The notes under the pieces were generated by a model. That model saw only the letters and a list, made by a program, of their open reading frames with translations, was not told the DNA's origin and made no database searches. Below, one piece after another: positions 58,876 to 64,000 of a stretch of 64,000 bases of DNA. This DNA is from Solobacterium sp. (GTDB taxonomy: Bacteria; Bacillota_I; Bacilli_A; Erysipelotrichales; Erysipelotrichaceae): positions 24,781-88,780 of the forward strand of contig JAFRCE010000018.1 of NCBI GenBank assembly GCA_017404505.1, written 5' to 3'. Positions within the stretch are counted from its first letter, which is position 1. The number at the start of each line of letters is the position of its first letter. The position numbers were made by a program, and so were the translations under genes.

Positions 58876-59874
58876 TCAGTTCTGCAGACTGACGATATCC
58901 TTTCTCATCGTTTCCAGGACACTCAGATTCTCATACATCAATGAGATATAATCCTTGCCCATGGCTTCCTCGGTTTCGGTCAGAGATGACAGATTATGCA
59001 TTTCCACCCGGATAAGCCCAAGTTCTTCTTCCAGCTGGACAAAGAGCATCTTCATATCATCCGTCATATTCGGTTCATAGACGATATACTGCACATTGTC
59101 GGCAATGATCCTCTGTTTGATCAGATTCAGCTGTTCGCTGTTCGGCAGAACACCGTATTTGGATAGGACGACAGGATATACCTGGAAGCCGTAAGTTTTC
59201 TGCCAGTTGCCGAAACTGGCGGTCATCGACACGAATTTGATTTCCTGATAGTTGTTGATCAGATTTGTCGCCAGTGACTGATACTGGGCGTCCATGTCGA
59301 TCAGATCCTTTTCCAGATCTTTCAGGTTTTCCTGATACATTTCCTTCTGATCGGGATAATTGCGGCTGAGCCAGTCACAGATATTCTTCGCCATCGACAG
59401 CATCGCAATCGGATCGTTCCAGAGACACAGATCGAGATTGTCCGTGTCGATCGAAGCGAAGGCATCACCTTTGTAGTATTCGCTCTTCTCGTAACGCACA
59501 CCCTCTTCGGTAATGATCTGAGTATAGCGGCCGAAGTCATAGATGGCGTTCAGACTGGAGAGATCCATATCTGTCACGCCGCTGCTCTTGATATCCTGGG
59601 TGCACACGGAAAGATACGGCTCCAGATCGCCGATGTGAAGGAACAGCTCGGCACCGCCCAGCATGTCCCGGTAATTGTCTTTCAGCTGGGCCCGCTGAAC
59701 CAGACAGAAGTCTTTCTGAATGGACTGGGCGTTGAAATTCGTGCCGGCCAGACGTTCGATCAGAAAACCGATCGGATAAATGGTATAAACAATGCCGCTG
59801 CGCACGGTTCCGCATCCGTTCAGCGGCAGTAAAAGCAGAGCGGCACAGAGAAGACTGATCAGTTTTCTTTTCAT
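58876..59874 (-). CDS. lipoprotein, ZnuA/TroA-like (cluster-9 solute-binding fold) without adjacent ABC partners
   Basis: The track ORF runs to 60132 inside the upstream gene. ATG 59874 (ATGA overlap) gives MKRKLISLLCAALLLLPLNGCG (lipobox). The layout is ZnuA-like, but DLCLWNDP occurs where I expect DPH.W..P. Confidence 0.55.
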   Translation of the reverse strand: MKRKLISLLCAALLLLPLNGCGTVRSGIVYTIYPIGFLIERLAGTNFNAQSIQKDFCLVQRAQLKDNYRDMLGGAELFLHIGDLEPYLSVCTQDIKSSGVTDMDLSSLNAIYDFGRYTQIITEEGVRYEKSEYYKGDAFASIDTDNLDLCLWNDPIAMLSMAKNICDWLSRNYPDQKEMYQENLKDLEKDLIDMDAQYQSLATNLINNYQEIKFVSMTASFGNWQKTYGFQVYPVVLSKYGVLPNSEQLNLIKQRIIADNVQYIVYEPNMTDDMKMLFVQLEEELGLIRVEMHNLSSLTETEEAMGKDYISLMYENLSVLETMRKDIVSLQN

Positions 59875-61025
59875 TCCTTGGCCTCCTTTTCTGCTGTATC
59901 TTCCGTATTCGGAAGTTCTTCTTTGATATAGATTCTGTAAATCACCCGGCAGCTGAGAAACACCGGCAGAGCGATAATGATGCCGGGAATCCCGAGGAAT
60001 GTACCGCCGGCGAAGATGGAAAACAGCGTCCACAGCGGTGAAACGTGCGTGTTGCGGGCGTGAACCATCGGTGCGACGACATATTCGTCCACCTGTGAGA
60101 GAACGACAATGGCGGCAATCAGGATCAGACACCGGGTCATGGAAAGCGTCAGAGCGGTCAGAATGCCGACCGTGCTGATGATCACCGGACCAATGTACGG
60201 TATGAAAATGGAAATTGCCGTCAACAGACCGAGGATCAGCCAGTCAGGATGGCCGATCAGGAAATACAGCAATGCGTATTCACCGAAGCGAATCAGCATC
60301 AGTGTCAGCATCGATTTCAGATAATCATCGATCTCATGGTCGATCTCGAAGACGACCGTGTTGAACCGGCGGCCGACCCGCAGCGATAAATAAACGATAT
60401 AATAGCGGATCTTTTCCCAGCCGAAACTCATAAAAATGGAAATGACGATGGAAAAGATGATCATGGTCAGAGTGCTGATCGTGGCATTGACGAACTCCGG
60501 CAGCGAACCGGTCAGGTTCGGTATCAGACTGCGGAAATCACTCAGAGCTGAGACACCGGCATCGACAAGGCCGACGATCCAGGGCGGCATATCACCGGAA
60601 GTCAGTGTCTGAATGTGCATGGTGACCCAGTTGATGCCGTTGATCATGGACTCGATCAGACTGGACGTGCGGTTAAGAACGATCGGGAACAGCGTGGAAA
60701 TCAGCAGCAACAGCAGAGCGATGATGATCACATATAAGATGGGAATACTGATCTTCCTCGGCACGCCGGCTTTTTCCAGACGGGTAAAGGCACGGCGGAG
60801 AATATAGGCTATGACAAAACCGTATAGAAACGGTTTGAACACGTTGAACAGACGGCTGAAAAGACCCTGCCAGACACCGGCCGTCGCCTGAAAAAGCAAA
60901 ACGATCAAAAGAAGCAGTACGATCTTGATCAGTCCCTGCATGGAAAAGTCTTCCTTCAGTTTTGAAATAATTCTTTCAACGGCATTCATAATCTCCCAAT
61001 ATTTTACCATGGACAGGCTGATCAT
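59871..61025 (-). CDS. AI-2E family transporter (PerM/YdiK-like permease)
   Basis: 384 aa, about 8 TM helices, with a typical AI-2E C-terminal block ...GGTFLGIPGIIIALPV.... ATGA overlap with radC. Confidence 0.8.
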   Translation of the reverse strand: MISLSMVKYWEIMNAVERIISKLKEDFSMQGLIKIVLLLLIVLLFQATAGVWQGLFSRLFNVFKPFLYGFVIAYILRRAFTRLEKAGVPRKISIPILYVIIIALLLLLISTLFPIVLNRTSSLIESMINGINWVTMHIQTLTSGDMPPWIVGLVDAGVSALSDFRSLIPNLTGSLPEFVNATISTLTMIIFSIVISIFMSFGWEKIRYYIVYLSLRVGRRFNTVVFEIDHEIDDYLKSMLTLMLIRFGEYALLYFLIGHPDWLILGLLTAISIFIPYIGPVIISTVGILTALTLSMTRCLILIAAIVVLSQVDEYVVAPMVHARNTHVSPLWTLFSIFAGGTFLGIPGIIIALPVFLSCRVIYRIYIKEELPNTEDTAEKEAKE

Positions 61026-61714
61026 TCCATCTGTTCTTCCAGGAATCCCCGCTCCCTGAGTGACAGACAGCGGCTGTCCGTGACGATCAGATGATCAAGG
61101 ATCTTCACCCCCATCATCCGCCCTGCTTTCTGCAATCTCTTTGTCAGGGCGAGATCCGCTTTCGATGGTGTCGGATCGCTGCCGGGATGATTGTGCACCA
61201 GCATCAGATCCGTGCAGCTGTGCAGCAGCGCTTCCCGGAAGATTTCCCGCGGATAGACATTGCTGGAATTGAGCGTACCGACAAACAGGACCCGGTAGAA
61301 AAGGATCCGGTGATGCTGGTCAAGATAGATGACAAGAAACTGCTCCTGCAGACTGCTGCCGATTTCCTTCTGCAGCCATTTCACCGCCTTTTCCGGCTGA
61401 TCGATGATATCCGCCCGCATCGCTTCCTCCAGCGCCGAACGGCGTGAGATCTCAAAGCAGGCCTGCAGTTCGAGCGCCTTGATCTCTGAGATGCCATGAA
61501 CGCTACAGAGTTCGGGGATGCTCATACGGGCAATGCCGCTGATGCCGCCGGCTTTTTCCAGCACCTCATCCGCCACCTCCATCACGCTTTTCCTCTTCGG
61601 GCCGCTTCTGAGTACGATGGCCAGCAGTTCTCTTGAACTGAGTGAGCGGATCCCGAAACGCAGGGCTTTTTCCCGCGGTTTCTCACTGAGCGGCATTTCT
61701 CTGATCATTGGCAT
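61022..61714 (-). CDS. radC: RadC-family JAB/MPN domain protein
   Basis: The track ORF runs to 61765. ATG 61714 has AAGGAGG 6 nt upstream. An HhH region and the JAMM motif LVHNHPGSDPTPSKAD are present. Confidence 0.88.
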   Translation of the reverse strand: MPMIREMPLSEKPREKALRFGIRSLSSRELLAIVLRSGPKRKSVMEVADEVLEKAGGISGIARMSIPELCSVHGISEIKALELQACFEISRRSALEEAMRADIIDQPEKAVKWLQKEIGSSLQEQFLVIYLDQHHRILFYRVLFVGTLNSSNVYPREIFREALLHSCTDLMLVHNHPGSDPTPSKADLALTKRLQKAGRMMGVKILDHLIVTDSRCLSLRERGFLEEQME

Positions 61715-61763
61715 TTCAATTACCTCCTTACGGAAGTAATATTGTTTTCCCGCGGCCAAATCC

Positions 61764-61790
61764 AAAAAAAAACCACACTTCGCAGTGTGG
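61764..61790 (-). terminator. terminator after the PTS operon
   Basis: Minus strand: CCACAC-TGCGAA-GTGTGG followed by TTTTTTTTT. Confidence 0.75.
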
Positions 61791-61799
61791 TCGTGATGT

Positions 61800-62669
61800 T
61801 TACAGATTCAGCCAGGGCAGATGCAGCGGTGAAATGAAGAAGCCGCCGAACAGACCGAGCAGTGCTCCCAGCATTCCGACTGCCAGCAGCAGCAGAACGC
61901 ACATCAGAAGCGAACGGTTCTTTTTGGTCAGCATATGCCAGATAATGCCAAGCATGCCGAGCGGCAGCAGTCCGGGCAGAACACTCTCCAGAGCATCCGC
62001 GAAACTGACCATCTGATAATTGTTCGGCAGATACATATCCGGCTGCAGACCGCGGATGAACAGGAACGTCATGGCGCCAAGCATGAAGATACCGGCCATT
62101 CTCGCTCCCTGTTTCAGTGCGTCCTTATGACGGCAGAGACTTTCCGCCGCCCGGGTGCCTTTGCTGTAGCCGTAGTACAGCATGACATAGCGCAAGAGAA
62201 CGGACAGAACGGCGAGGACAGCAAAATACAGCAGCACACCGGCGATGTTTCCGTTGGCCGCCAGCGAACAGCAGCCAACGGCGGAAACGGGAACAATGAC
62301 ATAGTCAAACAGTGCCGTTCCGAAAGAATCAGCCGCCGCCGAAGCGACCGTACGGGCGGAGCGGATCGTTTCAAGATCGCACTTCTGCTGTTCGAGAGCC
62401 AGTGTCACACCCATGGCAAGCGTTGCCATCGGGCTTGCCGCACTGACGTATTCCAGTTCGTGACCCATTGAAAGAGCCAGGTCTTCTTCATTTTTATGGA
62501 TCTGTTTCAGACCCGGCAGCAGTGCCCAGCACCAGCCGGCTGACGATCCGGTTTCTCCGTTATGGGAAGCATCCGCGAAGAAAGAACGGACAAAAATCTG
62601 ATTAAGCGTCTTTCTGTCCAGCGGGAACGCTTCGTTCGTATTCGTGTATTTACCGGTTCCTACCACCAT
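61800..62669 (-). CDS. PTS mannose/fructose/sorbose family IID component
   Basis: 289 aa. LDRKTLNQIFVRSFFADASHNGETGSSAGWCWALLPGLKQI resembles the ManZ N-terminal region. Confidence 0.8.
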   Translation of the reverse strand: MVVGTGKYTNTNEAFPLDRKTLNQIFVRSFFADASHNGETGSSAGWCWALLPGLKQIHKNEEDLALSMGHELEYVSAASPMATLAMGVTLALEQQKCDLETIRSARTVASAAADSFGTALFDYVIVPVSAVGCCSLAANGNIAGVLLYFAVLAVLSVLLRYVMLYYGYSKGTRAAESLCRHKDALKQGARMAGIFMLGAMTFLFIRGLQPDMYLPNNYQMVSFADALESVLPGLLPLGMLGIIWHMLTKKNRSLLMCVLLLLAVGMLGALLGLFGGFFISPLHLPWLNL

Positions 62670-63460
62670 TTCCCGCTGTCTCCTTTCTTTGTCTTTTCCG
62701 CACTTGCGGAAGATGTTTCATTCAGATTCAGATGATACGCAAAGGCGCCAAGGCCGAACGCCAGCAAGGCGCAGACAGCCGCCGCTGCTTCAAAGGACAG
62801 CGTGCTGCCGGCCAGAACAGCGCAAGCAAAGCCGGCGAAGAAAGCACCCGGCATGTCCTTGGCAGAGAGATTGCGCAGCAGTACGGCAAAGCCGACCAGC
62901 GGCAGAAGTGCGCCGGCTGCCGCGAAACCTTCCAGGATCCAGCCGAAGCGGTCGCCGAACGTTTCCATGGCAGTCGTGAAGTTTTCCGCCTGGGACACTC
63001 CCGCGAAAGCGATCACCGCGAAGATGAGCGCGCGGAGCACCAGCGGCAGGAAATTGGCCATCGTCAATTTCTTCTCGTCTCTTGTTTCCGCCGCTTTTCT
63101 CGCCTGCTGCAGGAAAACAAGACTTCCGACATCAAACAGATGGGCAATGCCGCAGCCGATGCCTAAAAAGACAAGCGCCACACCGGCGGCTTCCGCTGCG
63201 TTCATACCGGCTTTGACAGCCAGCAGAACCGCGAAGCAGCTGTAAAGCACACTGCCGGGACGGTGCAGATAATAACGTGCTGTATCAAAGCTGAGCAATG
63301 TCATTTCCAGACTCGCGCCGACTGCCATGCCGATGGCGGTATTAGACAGCAGCATGCCGAAAATGGTGCATGCGACCAGCGGACGGTGCAGTGTGCGGGT
63401 CAGGATCTGCTGATCCATGGCCAGCAGAAACACCACCAGAGCAATTAATATTCCTTCCAT
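62660..63460 (-). CDS. PTS mannose/fructose/sorbose family IIC component
   Basis: 266 aa, polytopic. It sits directly between the IIA and IID genes. Confidence 0.75.
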   Translation of the reverse strand: MEGILIALVVFLLAMDQQILTRTLHRPLVACTIFGMLLSNTAIGMAVGASLEMTLLSFDTARYYLHRPGSVLYSCFAVLLAVKAGMNAAEAAGVALVFLGIGCGIAHLFDVGSLVFLQQARKAAETRDEKKLTMANFLPLVLRALIFAVIAFAGVSQAENFTTAMETFGDRFGWILEGFAAAGALLPLVGFAVLLRNLSAKDMPGAFFAGFACAVLAGSTLSFEAAAAVCALLAFGLGAFAYHLNLNETSSASAEKTKKGDSGKWW

Positions 63461-63471
63461 GAAACCTCCGT

Positions 63472-63885
63472 TCAGTTTTCGTTGTCATCCGCGTAGCGAA
63501 TGATATGATGACGGCCTTCCTCGACCGCCAGATCAGCAAGGTCGCGGACATTCGATACATAGCCTCTTGCCAGATTGACCTGCATCAGCATGCCAAGATT
63601 GACACCCGCCACGATTTCGATGCGGCGTGAATCAATGACCTTGCGGCGCACGTCCGCGCAGACTTTATATGGTGCCGCTTCCAGCATGTCCGCCAGGATC
63701 AGCACGCCGGTGCAGCCGCGCAGCGCGCTCAGAGCCGCCCGCAGTTTCGCCTCATAGTCATCGGTTGAGTCTTCCTGCAGATAATCGACCGCCTCAAACG
63801 ATTCCGGCCGGCCGGCAAGAAGTCTCACTGCTTCCTTCATGCCTGTAGCGAAGGTACCATGTCCTGTAACAATCACACCAATCAT
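63472..63885 (-). CDS. PTS mannose-family IIA component
   Basis: 137 aa. MIGVIVTGHGTFATGM, with the phosphorylatable His near residue 9. Confidence 0.8.
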   Translation of the reverse strand: MIGVIVTGHGTFATGMKEAVRLLAGRPESFEAVDYLQEDSTDDYEAKLRAALSALRGCTGVLILADMLEAAPYKVCADVRRKVIDSRRIEIVAGVNLGMLMQVNLARGYVSNVRDLADLAVEEGRHHIIRYADDNEN

Positions 63886-63984
63886 ATTCTTTCCTCACTC
63901 ATTGCAATATATTATAACAACACATTCTCACTTGCGCACGTTATTCGCGGCTGTGATAAAGTAGTAAATGAGGAGGTACTGTTT

Positions 63985-64000
63985 ATGCGTATCCGCAGTA
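63985..64000 (+). CDS. start of an unidentified plus-strand gene (5 codons only)
   Basis: ATG 63985 (MRIRS...) has GAGGAGG 9 nt upstream. It is divergent from the PTS operon. Confidence 0.35.

Overview
This is a 64-kb chromosomal window from a Firmicute (Bacillota). The evidence is DnaB(DnaD-type)/DnaI loaders, an HrcA/CIRCE heat-shock operon, a T-box leader and polA-mutM-coaE-dnaB-dnaI synteny. The class cannot be fixed from the sequence alone. I call 64 protein-coding genes plus 2 gene relics, and 58 of the 64 are on the minus strand. I found no tRNA, rRNA, CRISPR array, transposase or integrase. Core blocks: a glycerol operon (glpK, GlpA-like FAD dehydrogenase, FAD/NAD oxidoreductase, DUF1667); an NAD salvage operon (nrtR-pncB-nadD-nadE) with a clear NrtR-type operator; argG-argH behind an Arg (CGU) T-box; hrcA-grpE-dnaK-dnaJ-clpB behind two CIRCE elements; coaD/rsmD/ftsW; def and rnj; pfkA; dnaI/dnaB/coaE/mutM/polA; and an AI-2E transporter, radC and a mannose-family PTS (IIA, IIC, IID but no IIB). 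The accessory part lies at about 10.8-24.2 kb. It holds a heterodimeric ABC exporter and a 7-gene hydrolase/CPBP/membrane-protein operon that share a 16-bp palindromic operator. It also holds a lower-GC islet bounded by a 71-bp duplication of the rlmD 3' end, and a 4-unit direct-repeat array. The most unusual signal is a set of small genes whose products start with textbook double-glycine export leaders but have anionic cores. Two of the three cores carry a CxxC...CxxC zinc-ribbon-like motif. There are three such genes, one a 59-aa TTG-initiated ORF below the ORF-track cutoff. A fourth locus is a leaderless paralogue, also 59 aa, whose homology continues past an in-frame stop. Two of the leader-bearing genes bracket the co-regulated exporter/CPBP/hydrolase block, and no C39-peptidase ABC transporter is present in the window. 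All functional calls rest on motif recognition by eye. No database search or folding calculation was possible.
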